Origin: the human T2T-CHM13v2.0 reference genome, Homo sapiens | Length of the DNA: 64,000 bases | Assembly (NCBI RefSeq): GCF_009914755.1 | Contig: NC_060932.1 | Strand: one strand, 5' to 3' | Part shown: positions 52,118 to 64,000 of the stretch, piece by piece | Numbering within the stretch: the stretch's first letter is position 1 | Layout: every line of letters begins with the position of its first letter | The notes under the pieces: model-generated | The model's database searches: none | What the model was told of the DNA's origin: nothing | Seen by the model: the letters and a program-made list of their open reading frames with translations, nothing else | Translations under genes and position numbers: made by a program

Positions 52118-52612
52118 TCGCTCACACTGTGCACGTGAAGCAGGTGCGGCCAGCAGCTCACACTGCACACATGAAGCGGGTATGGCCAGCGGCTCACACT
52201 GCACGCGTGAAGTGGGTACGACCAGTGGCTCACACTGTACGCATGAAGCGGGTATGGCCAGCGGCTCACACTGTACGCATGAAGCGGGTATGGCCAGCGG
52301 CTCACACTGCACGCGTGAAGCGGGTACGACCAGCGGCTCACACTGTACGCGTGAAGCGGGTATGGCCAGCGGCTCACACTGTACGCATGAAGCGGGTATG
52401 GCCAGCGGCTCACACTGTACGTGTGAAGCAGGTATGGCCAGCGGCTCACACTGTACGCGTGAAGCGGGTATGGCCAGCGGCTCACACTGTACGCATGAAG
52501 CGGGTATGGCCAGCGGCTCACACTGTACACATCAAGCGGGTGTGGGCAAGCGGCTCACACTGTATACATGAAGCAGGTACAGCCAGAGTCTCACACTGTG
52601 CTTATGAAGCGG
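52118..52612 (+). repeat. 36-bp VNTR, ~13 copies
   Basis: Unit gcggctcacactgtacgcatgaagcgggtatggcca. Confidence 0.95.
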
Positions 52613-52725
52613 GTTCGGGCCAGCAGGCTGCAGCTTGCTGACTCCTGCCCTGTAAAATCTTAGGGTTCAGCAGTATTTAATCTTTTGTCACAAGTACCCT
52701 CCAATCTTCAGCAACTGGGCACTGA

Positions 52726-53073
<348 letters not shown>

Positions 53074-53543
53074 TTGCGGACAGGGTGGAAATGAGGGAAC
53101 AGCCCTGGGGCAGCTGAGCCGGAACGGTAGTGATGGCTGTGGCAGTGGGTATGCTGATGGCCACTGCCACGGCCATATGTCTGGCTTGAGGCCCATGCGT
53201 CTGATAAGGCGCCAAGGTAGGTGAGGGGATAGGGAGGGTGCACGTGCAGGTGGCCTTGGGTGGCGGATGCAGCAGAGGGGCAGGGGATGCACAGCAGGGG
53301 AGAGGATGGTGAAACAAACAATGGCGGGCCATCAGCTTCCAGTAAGGCCTTGCCAGGAAGACCCAGGGTGCTCTTGTCCCCACTACTGCATAAGCCAAGG
53401 ACAGCAAGAGTTCAGGTGGCCACACCAGCTCCCGGCACGTGGTCAGCACACGGCTGCTGCCTGAATGGCTGCACACAGGTTCTGAGCCACGGAGCCATGG
53501 GAGGCTGGGTGCCAGGCCAGTCTGTGTCCATCCACACACGTCA

Positions 53544-54335
<792 letters not shown>

Positions 54336-55419
54336 TCAGCTCCCCTCGGAAAGCCAGCAGGAGAATCAGGGCAAGAGCGCCATGGCCCAGGGAGGCCAGC
54401 AGTCCCCACCCCCCTGCACACCTCTGAGGGGTGCACACCTCTGAGGGGCCCCGGGTGAGACGGTTCTCACACCCAGACCCAGGGAGACACAAGGAGGCCA
54501 GGACAGTCCCAGGTTACAGTTCCAAGCATGACCTCGAAAGCAACTGGGAAGACCAGCCCGTCTCCCGCTTGGGGTTCGCCACCCCCATCCCTGGAGAGAG
54601 GAGCACCAGGGCAACGGTACCCCAGCCCGGCTGCAGGCACACACACCAAGTGCAGGGAGGACCCTGGCCTGCTGGAAACTGGGGAGCCTCAGTGACCCTT
54701 TCAAGTACAGCCCAAAAGGCCCCTGCAGGCCCCTCAGGCATCACCCAGGACCTGCACCAAGCAGGCCTTGGGGCCGACACGTGGGAGCGAGCCTGGCACC
54801 ACCACTGCAGGCCAAGCCTACAGGAGCGGGGCCCACCTCCTGATACCCACCCTGGGCGGGCAGAGCCTGTGGCACACAGAGGAGTAAGACTGCCCCCCCA
54901 GAACAGGCACCCAGCAGGCTAGAGAGGGTGTGGGCCAAGGAGGGCAAGGAGCCATAAGGTTACTACAGACTAGGCGGGAACCGCGGGGACAGGAGCTTTC
55001 TTCCCCGGGGCCTTGGTCAGGGCCGCCTCCTCCTGCAGCTGGCGTCTGAGGCTTTGGAGAGCCTCCAGTGCCTCCAGCTCCCAAACACGCCTCTTCGGCC
55101 AACCACTGGCTTAACACTGTGAGAAGGATGCAGAAGCAGAGTGCCCCTCACCCCCGCTCCCACCAGTCCCCTCCTCACCCTGGGCTGCCACGCAGCCTCC
55201 TGTCCCTCTCCCTGGGCTGCCACTCGGCCTCCCGTCCCCGGCCCACTCACCACTGCATCCCCTCACATTCTGTGCACAGCAGGCCTGAGCGATTCTGCTA
55301 AAGACAGTTCAGATCTTGCCAGTCCAAACCTCAGAGCTCACCAACAGTTCCACATCTCATTCCGGTCAAAGCCAAAGTCCCTCTAGCGCTGCTCTAAGCC
55401 CACGCGGGTGGCCTCCCGC

Positions 55420-55690
55420 ATCTGCAACTTCACCTCCCCACACCACCCTCCTGCACCTCTGACTTCACCTCCCCACACCACCCTCCTGCACCTGCAACTT
55501 CACCTCCCCACACCACCCTCCTGTACCTCCGACTTCACTTCCCCACACTGCCCTCCTGCACCTCCGACCACTTCCCCACACTGCCCTCCTGCACCTCCAA
55601 CTTCACCTCCCCACACCACCCCTAGGTTCTAGGCCCACGTGGGTGGCCTCCTGTACCTGCAACTTCACCTCCCCACACCACCCCTGGGTT
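55420..55690 (+). repeat. ~36-bp C-rich tandem repeat
   Basis: acttcacctccccacaccaccctcctgcacct units. Confidence 0.88.
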
Positions 55691-56424
55691 CACTTCACTC
55701 CTGGCCCATGAGTCTCTGCTGCTCCTGAATGAGCCGGACAAATCCCTGCCTTAACACTTTCCTAGGCCAGATGCAGACAACCAAGCCCTAGTTGCTGACC
55801 CAGGAGCAGCTGTCTGTGGTCACGCTGCCACCGTGGGCAACGCCCCCAGCACCAACACCTGCCCAGACAGCTCCCCTGGGAGGGTCAGGCAGGTCACGAC
55901 TCACACTTTTCTCTGCTCCGCGCTGACCTCTCCACTCCTCTAGACTCCCATGTGGCAGGGGCTCTCACTCATGCCCCCACTGAAACATCCTCATGGAGCC
56001 ATTAGTGCTGGAACGAAGGCAGCCCGTTTCCTGTAGGCAGTGGGTCAGGCTTTTCTCTTTCCAGGCAGGATCTCGTCTCATTTGTGCCTCCCTCACAAAC
56101 TGTTAGCACCATGCAGGATCAAAGTGAACAAGGCCTCCTTACCCAACCTGGCAATACCCCAGGCATCAGATCACCCTGCCAAGTCCATCGTGGGAACAGG
56201 AGGTTGCCAACCAGAAAACCCAAGACATGATGAAGGGAGTAGGGAATGAGAGCCACCAGTCAAGGAAGGGCAGCAGGCGGAATGGCACTACAGAGGGGCC
56301 ACCTTCCATGATGCTCGTCCCAATAAAAGGCCCAGAGGAGACCTCCACTTACAGCCATGGTACCAGGCAGTACCTCCTACCTCAAACAAGCAGAAAATAC
56401 ATTTTAAACAAACACACACACAAA

Positions 56425-58390
56425 GCTAAGGGATGCAGCTAAAACAGTACTTACAAGGAAATTACTGCTTTAAATTCTTATATTAGAAAAGAGAAAAGAA
56501 TAAAATCAGTGTCCAGAAAGTCCACCTAAAGAAGCCAGCAAATTAAACACAAAGGAAGTAGAACAGAGATAATAAAGGTAAGTTCAATAATTAATAAAAT
56601 AGCAAACAGACCAATAATAGAAACAATAAAATAAAAAAGCATTCAAAACATTACACAACTCTGCCTAGACAGGTCAAGAGGGAAAAAAACCACACTTGCA
56701 AATTACCAAGATCAAGAATGAAAGAGTGAGCCTGACTACAGATCCAACATTAAAAGAACATTACGGAAACACAAATCATATCAGGCCCATAAATTTGACA
56801 ACTAAGATGAAATAGAAAAATTCCTTAAAAGACATGAATTATATCAAAACTGACTCAAAAAGAAATAGAAAACCTAAATAGCTCTATATGTATGGCAGAA
56901 GTAAATTTGTGCTTAAAAACATTGCTGCAAATACACAGGCACAACAGGCTTCAATATCAATATCATGCAATCCCCTAGAAAACAGAGAGGAGACACACAT
57001 TGTATGAGGCTCACACCACCCTGATAACAAAACCCAAACAGAGAATCTAAAGGAAAGAAACCCATATATCACTCACAAACCCAGCAGCAAAAATCTTCAA
57101 TACAATTTTAGAAAAACGAATTCAACAATATATGAAAGAGATAGTATACCATGACCAAGAGGCATTTACCCACAGGGTACAAGGTTGGTTCAACATTCAA
57201 ACATCAGTGAGTGTAATTCTCATATCAACAGAGCAAATTTAACAAGGAGAAAAACATCTTAATAAATTATGCAGAAAAAGCATGTGACAAAATTCAACAC
57301 TCATTTTAGACTAAAACTTCCTTTAGTTTAGTTCCTAGTTTCCTTAACTAGAAAAAAGAAGGGGACTCCCTCAACCTGATACAGAGAGGCTGTTAAATAA
57401 AAAACAAAACAAACATCTAAGATACTTAGAGCAAAAGATGGAATGCTTCCCCGTAAGATGGGGAACAAGGCAGGTATGTGTGCTTTCACTACTTTTACTC
57501 TTCATACTATAAGTTTACCTAGGAATAAGGGGGAAAGAACTAAGAAGCATAAAGATTGAAAATGAAGAGTAAAACTGTCTTCAGTCATAGAGACATGTAC
57601 ATCTATATAGAAAATCCCAAGGAATCCACAAAGAAGCTCCAGGAACTAATCAGCGAGTGAATCTATGCAGGTCACAGGATACAAGGAAGTACACAGAAGT
57701 CTCTTATATTTCTATGGAGTTGCAGCCAATGAGAGGAGAGGAACACAAATAAGAGAAAGGCCAGCCTGTGTCCGTGGGCTGGACGATGACATTGTTATGG
57801 AAGTCCAGCTTGGCCGTGCCTGTGGGCTGGGCGACGATGTTGTTATGAAAGGCTGGCCTGGCTGTGTCCATGGGCTGGATGATATTGTTATGAAAGGCCG
57901 GCCTTACCGTGTCTGTGGGTTGGACAACGATACTATTACGAAAGGCCGGCCTGGCCGTGTCTGTGGGCTGATGACGATATTGTTATGAAAGGCCAGCCTG
58001 GACGTGTCCATGGGCTGGATGATATTGTTATGAAAGGCCGGCCTTACCGTGTCCGTGGGTTGGACAACGATACTATTATGAAAGGCCGGTCTGGCCGTGT
58101 CTGTGGGCTGGATGATATTGTTATGAAAGGCCGGCCTGGACATGTCTGTGGGCTGGATGACAATACTGTTATGAAAGGCCGGCCTGGCTGCATCCGTGGG
58201 CTGATGACGATATTGTTATTAAAGGCCAGCCTAGCCATGTCTGTGGGCTGGATGACGATATTGTTATGATGCCAGTTCTTTAATTTATCCACAGATTCAA
58301 GGTAATCCCAAAAAATTATAGAAAGCTTTTTTTTAAAGAAATAATAATTGACAAACTGATTCTAAAATGTATACTGAGCTACAAAGGGGT
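56425..58390 (+). mobile_element. Old L1 ORF2 fragment (sense on +), interrupted by a VNTR
   Basis: gggatgcagctaaaacagtactta (WDAAKAVL), caaggttggttcaacattcaa (QGWFNI), atgcagaaaaagcatgtgacaaaattcaacac (DAEKAFDKIQH), tatatagaaaatcccaaggaatccac (YLENP.DS); degenerate. Confidence 0.88.
57765..58270 (+). repeat. ~46-49-bp VNTR embedded in L1
   Basis: Unit tgtctgtgggctggatgacgatattgttatgaaaggccggcctggccg, ~11 copies. Confidence 0.93.
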
Positions 58391-60329
58391 ATGAGAGGAG
58401 GAGATGCGTTTGGGCAGCACGGGGGGCAGCACCAGCATGGCTGGCTGAACACTGTGGCATGGGGCAGGCGAGGCGAGGAACAGCTCGTGGCCACCTCCTG
58501 GGTCTCCAGAGTGGACAGTGAGCCATCGGGGACTCTCTGGAACTTCTGCCTGTCGCCAAAGTATGAGAGACATCCTAAAGACGCACTTTTAGGCAGACTC
58601 CTGCTGGCAAGGGGAGGCCTCGTGAGGGGCAACGGGGCAGCAAGGCCAAGTGTGGGTCCCACTGGAGGGGGCTCCTCCGGGAAATGGCGACTCCAATCTG
58701 AGGCTGGACACTGCTCCAAAGGCCGAGGTGCCTCAGCAAGGGCAACAGAGCAACCCAGGACCAGCAGGGCACTTGGCCCAAGGACACGGGAGCTCACACT
58801 GTCAGAGCCAGGGAGTCACCATCCTCACTAGAAAATGGACTGATGATGTCAGCATTCCCACTCGCCATCACGAGGCAGTTGCCACAACAACAAATAGAGT
58901 GCCCCTCCCGCTTGTGTCTCACTTCCCCATCCATCCTCACGGCCACCGAGGGAGGGGTCCCACTCCATCACCATAGCATGCATGGCTTGGGGAACAGCAG
59001 TGGATCCAGTGCAGGGAGATGGATGAGACCGCACCTGTCTTATGACCCCAACACCAGCGAGGCCCATGTCAGTGAACCTGTGACCCTCACCCGCCCTGGA
59101 CTGCTTCAGCCAGGAGCCAAGTGAGGCAGAGAAGGCTGGAAACGCTAGCTGTACATTGAGAGAGCAGGCCCATCTCTCCACATTCAATGTGGGATACAGA
59201 TGCAATGCCCGGAACCATAAGACCCATTTGTCACCTCAAGAGAAGCTGGCCTGAGATTGAATCTGGTGCATCAGCAGAGCCAAAAGAAACCAAGTGAACT
59301 GGAGCCTTCATCAAACTGCACCTGAAGCCCCACGACCGCTTTACAAAACCCATGTATCCCCACAAAGCCAGCTCTGCACAGTTTTGGTGAAAGGCCAGGC
59401 AGGCGGCTACAGGGTCCAGGAAACCTGACCCAAGCATCCCTCTCCCAGCACTCCTGTGCGAGGTCTGCACAGCTGCCAGCTCGGCGGCTCCTGTACTACC
59501 AGCCAGGTGGTGCCGTTGCTGCCAGCAGTCAGGTGACTGAGGAGTCTGCGAGGCCTGCCTGGGGGGTGTGTCACCTGAGGCCCATTTGCCCTAGCGCCCT
59601 GCCCTAGTCTGCCGGGGCCAGAACCTGAGTACGGAGGCTCTCGCATTTGCTTGTCATTACTTAAGATGCCGTTTAGAAGCACCTCATGTCCCGCGTATCT
59701 CATACCTGCTCATTTACTCCCATGACCACCTGTGTTTTACAGACGAAGACACAAGGCCCTGAGTCACAAAAGCACCTGCAGGCTGGAGCTGGTGAGCTGG
59801 AGTGGGCAGAGGTAGGGTCAGGACCAGCCCAGGCTCCCTGGCACCGGGTCCCGAGCTCTCCCAGCCTCCATGCCAGCTTCCAGGTGACACACTCGCCCTG
59901 GAAGGCACCCTGCTGCCCACTCCAGACTCGAGTGGTTAATCGGCGCTCCCGCCCCTCTGTCCGTGTTCCTAGTGACTGCGACGCCCCTGCCGGTCCCTCG
60001 GCTGAGGGGGCTGTGGGAAGAGCCTGTGGCTGGGCTGGTTTGATTTCCTGGTTCCTGCCCTTTCCCAGTAGGTACACTGCCCCGTCCTAGACCTGGCAAC
60101 ACCCCAGGAGTGACTCCATGTAGACCACGGCCCAGTTTCATGAGCAGGTGATGCCCAAGTCAACACAACGCAGTGGTGTTGGTGCACAGACCCAGGGACC
60201 GCCCACGGTGGAGGAGGTGGCCAGGGCGAGTGGGCCGGCAAGGCCTGGACTGAGCGGGCCTGGAAGTGAGGCCGGCAGAGGGCAGCGCGGGCAGAAGCCT
60301 GAGGCCGTGGGGCTGGAGGGGGTGGTGTG

Positions 60330-60610
60330 GCCCATGAGACAGGTCTACAGTTGTCAGGGTCATGCTGGGCGGACCTGAAAGGCCACAACACAGACTCTGG
60401 GTTTTACTTTACAGGGAGGGAGGCCAGTGGAACATCCTGAGCAGGAACTGATGTGATCAGATCCACATTTTTAAAGATCGCTTTGAGCTCTGCATGGACA
60501 ATCCACCGTCGGGGGCAAGACTAGGGGTGGGGAGGCCAAGAGGAGACAGTGCAGGAGCCCAGGGGCCAAGGCCGGGCCTGGACCAGGAGGTGGAGAGGAG
60601 GTGAGAAGTG
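60330..60610. mobile_element. L2 fragment
   Basis: ttttactttacagggaggg...gagcaggaactgatgtgatcagatccacatttttaaagatcgct, a typical L2 3' sequence. Confidence 0.55.
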
Positions 60611-60884
60611 CGTGGACACGGGGCAGCTCAAGAGGAGTGGACAGGCCAGCCCACGACCGGTGAGGGCAGGGTGGCGTGGGGTCCTGGAGGTCCCTTCCTT
60701 GGCCTGGGACTAACAGGGAGACCCCAGGTCAGTCCAGAAGGACCCTAAGTTAGCAGGAGAGAAGGTGGCAGGGCTGGAGGGACACCTGGGGTTCTGGGGC
60801 CCCACTGAGGAGGGATTCCGAGCTGCGGGATATGCAACACCACCAAGGGAGGGGAGGAGGTCAGAGAGGAAAAGAGGCTGGAGT

Positions 60885-61825
60885 AGATGGATGACGAACC
60901 AGCACCAACGAAGACCAGGGCCCTGGAGAGCATGAGAGGGATGAGGAACCAGCACCAGTGAAGGGGAGGGGCCCCAGAGAGCACGAGACGGATGACGAAC
61001 CAGCACCAGCGAAGGGGAGGGCCCCGGAGAGCACGAGACGGATGACGAACCAGCACCAGCGAAGGGGAGGGCCCCGGAGGGCATGAGACAGATGAGGAAC
61101 CAGCACCAGCGAAGGGGAGGGCCCTGGAGAGCATGAGACGGATGACGAACCAGCACCAGTGAAGGCCCCGGAGAGCACAAGACGGATGACGAACCAGCAC
61201 CAGCGAAGGGGAGGGCCCCGGAGACCACGAGACAGATGAGGAACCAGCACCAGCTAAGGGGAGGGCCCCGGAGAGCACGAGACGGATGAGGAACCAGCAC
61301 CAGCGAAGGGGAGGGCCCTGGAGAGCACGAGACGGATGAGGAACCAGCACCAGCGAAGGGGAGGGCCCCAGAGACCACGAGACGGATGACGAACCAGCAC
61401 CAACGAAGGGGAGGGCCCCAGAGACCACGAGACAGATGAGGAACCAGCACCAGCGAAGGGGAGGGCCCCGGAGAGCACGAGACGGATGAGGAACCAGCAC
61501 CAGCGAAGGGGAGGGCCCCGGAGACCACGAGACGGATGACGAACCAGCACCAGCGAAGGGGAGGGCCCCGGAGAGCACGAGACGGATGACGAACCAGCAC
61601 CAGCGAAGGGGAGGGCCCCGGAGAGCACGAGACAGATGAGGAACCAGCACCAGCGAAGGGGAGGGCCCCGGAGAGCACGAGACAGATGAGGAACCAGCAC
61701 CAGCGAAGGGGAGGGGCCCCGGAGAGCATGAGACGGATGAGGAACCAGCACCAGCGAAGGGGAGGGCCCCGGAGAGCACGAGACGGATGAGGAACCAGCA
61801 CCAGTAAAGGCCCTGGAGAGCATGG
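60885..61825 (+). repeat. 50-bp purine-rich VNTR, ~19 copies
   Basis: Unit gagggccccggagagcacgagacggatgaggaaccagcaccagcgaaggg; period 50 (61261, 61311). Confidence 0.97.
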
Positions 61826-61854
61826 GCTGCACAGCAGGAGGAAACTTCTAGAAG

Positions 61855-62330
61855 GAATCAACTCAACAGTAAAAAGAAAAATACCCGATCAGGACATGGG
61901 CAAAGGATCTGAATAGACATTCCTTCCAAGAAGATATACAAATGGCTAACAAGCAGATGAAAAGATGCTTGAAGCCTTCAATTACCAGGAAAATACAAAT
62001 GAGATCACCACAAGACCCCACTTCGCACCCACTAGGATAGCCACATCCAAAAGACATATAACAACAAGTGCTGGCAGTGAGGTGGGGAGACAGGAACCCT
62101 CCAACACTGCTGGCGGGGGTGTAAAATGGGGCAGCTGCTTTGGAAAGTCTGGCAGTTCCTCAAAGGATTACACAAAGAGCCACCGTATAACCCAGCAAGT
62201 CCAGTCCTGGGGATATATCCAAGACAGGTGAAAATCTACACCCACGCAAACACCTACCGCAAACATTCACCGCAGCTTTATTCATCATGGTCAAAATGAA
62301 GTCACCCAAATGCCCACCAGCTGGTGAATG
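61855..62330 (+). mobile_element. L1M 3' ORF2/3'UTR fragment
   Basis: atgggcaaaggatctgaatagacatt..ccaagaagatatacaaatggctaacaagcagatgaaaagatgct; ctttggaaagtctggcagttcctcaaa. Confidence 0.85.
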
Positions 62331-62612
62331 GGTCTGTCCTTACAGTGAGACAGAGGGGTGCAGTTCTGCACAAGCTGGTGAATAGGTCTGTCCTCACAGT
62401 GGGACAGAGAGGGGGCGGTTCTATATCAGCTGGCGAATGGGTCCGTCCTTACAGTGGGAGAGGGGCACAGCTCTGTACCAGCCGGCGAATGGGTGTGTCC
62501 TCACAGTGGGACTGAGGGGCATGGTTCTGCACAAGCTGGTGAATGGGTCCATCCTTACAGAGGGACAGAGGGGTGCAATTCTGCACCAGCTGGCAAATGG
62601 GTCTGTCCCTAC
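62318..62612 (+). repeat. ~52-54-bp degenerate tandem repeat at the L1 end
   Basis: caagctggtgaatgggtctgtccttacagtgggacagaggggtgcagttctgca, ~5.5 copies. Confidence 0.85.
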
Positions 62613-63180
62613 ATATGGAGGGTACTGTGAGCCCTCTCTGGCCCCCTCACAGAGCCCTCCATCAGGCACTCCGGGAGGTCAGCTCTTCACACCCTGCTGG
62701 CCACCCCTCTGCCACAGGGACTTGCCTTCAATCAAGTGGGATGGGATGAACCGCACACATGGATCATGGTCCTGCCCTGCTTAAGCTCTCACTGCAGGAG
62801 GCGGGGCTGTTAGGACTACGCCCATGAAAGAGCTGCCAAGCGAGGGCCCACGGTGCTCAACAATCGTCATCCAAGGCTCCTTGAGCCCTTCTGGTGCTGA
62901 TTCTGACACGCAAGTCCCGGGCCAGGAAGGAGAGCACACCTCACGCGGAGCAGCAGCCCAGCTCACCCAGACCCCACTGCCATCGCTGCATGCTGGGCAG
63001 TGGGCCAGCAGCCTCTCAGCAGCCACCTCTAATGCATCCCCACCAGGGCCACCCAACCTACACCCTCACCACACTGGGGAGGTGAGAGGGAGGCATCGCT
63101 GCATGCCCCAGGCAGATCAGAGAACACAGCCCATGGGAACAAGTCCAAAAGCCCCAAGGGGAGCGGGTCCTCTGTGCCAC

Positions 63181-63739
63181 TGTGGAAAGTAAAAAAATGT
63201 CCTCTTCAAAGTTTCCCTTCTTACTAAAGAATATATCATAGGTGTTAGAAATAATAGTTTTTAAAAAAAAAAAACTAACTTCCTTCAAGCCTCCTTGCTT
63301 TTATACTAATAACTCTTTGTTAAGCCCTATCCTATGTAGCTGTTAGATATAAGGGAGTAAGTACATCCTATGTCCTTGTACTTTAATCAAGGTATTTGTT
63401 CTAAACATGCTCAAGCATGTCCCAGCTCACAGCCTACGTGCCCTCCTTATTTGGAAATGTCATTACTTTTCTAAGTTCTTTCGCAAGCAACTTCCTCTTT
63501 TCCTTTTGTTCTCCATTACCTTTACCTGTTCAGGAAAGTTTTAAGTTGTTAGCCAATCAGGTCTAAAGGACCCAATGCGTAAGGGATAAATATTCTTGCC
63601 TTTCTTTGTTCAATTGTGCTCTCGTGGCAGGAGTGCTAACAGGCAGCACCCCTTCTGCAGAAAGTAAAATTGCCTTGCTGAGAAAATTATTTGAGCGCTA
63701 GTTCTTCTTTTCGGCATCAAGGAATGAGCATTTCTGACA
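63181..63739 (+). mobile_element. Solo ERV1 LTR (LTR10B-like, HERV-I)
   Basis: TG...CA termini with a perfect 5-bp TSD gccac (63176-63180 and 63740-63744). Start tgtggaaagtaaaaaa..cctcttcaaagtttcccttct matches LTR10B as recalled; CCAAT box at ~63553. Confidence 0.85.
63403..63422. promoter_or_regulatory. Perfect p53 response element
   Basis: AAACATGCTC AAGCATGTCC = two RRRCWWGYYY half-sites with zero spacer. Confidence 0.85.
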
Positions 63740-64000
63740 GCCACACACCAGGGGTGCGCCAGCCCACACACCATCTCCAGATCGTGACGGCCCCCAGGGT
63801 GGAAGGGAATAGAGCCCAGACAGAAGTGCGTGAGCTGAGCTGCCACTGAGCCCCGCCCATGGGATCGCAACGTGGCCACTGGACTCCAGCGTGGGGGTCT
63901 GTGACAGGGAGGCCTTTGGGGGGGGGGGGGTTCCGCACACAGGTGACAGAAATGACCTGGCCACACTGGCCTTGCATGGGATCAGAGAAATGGGCCCCAC

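Noticed and set aside
60710-61861. 344-383-aa minus-strand ORFs
   Set aside because: Products of the 50-bp VNTR.

Overview
GC-rich primate (human-like) genomic DNA containing the 3' half of TSNARE1 on the minus strand. Six coding exons can be assembled with canonical AG/GT boundaries and consistent phases: 53733-53643, 50185-50096, 49533-49477, 35747/35744-35586, 19610-19538 and 9847-9765. They encode the syntaxin-like Habc/linker/Qa-SNARE region; the upstream exons and the transmembrane exon are not in the window. The main find is a second, intact coding module interleaved with the last SNARE exons. It consists of a 465-nt phase-1/phase-1 exon (15308-14844) encoding a Myb/SANT-like domain that closely resembles the Harbinger-derived N-terminal Myb domain of TSNARE1, and a terminal exon starting at 6675. 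The terminal exon is in frame with the Myb exon (200 aa: PLDLR CtBP-type motif, Q/L-rich coiled coil, terminal LKVEEE SUMO-type motif). It is followed by a 3'UTR and a poly(A) signal cluster supplied by an Alu-monomer tail. Splice phases predict a switch between SNARE-type and DNA-binding/repressor-type products. The rest of the window is intronic: many VNTRs (two apparently born from L1 sequence, one with higher-order structure), old L1/L2/MIR/MLT fragments, MER2, Tigger4a, Alus and a solo LTR10B-like element with a perfect p53 site. Gene and repeat identities are from recognition, not database searches.
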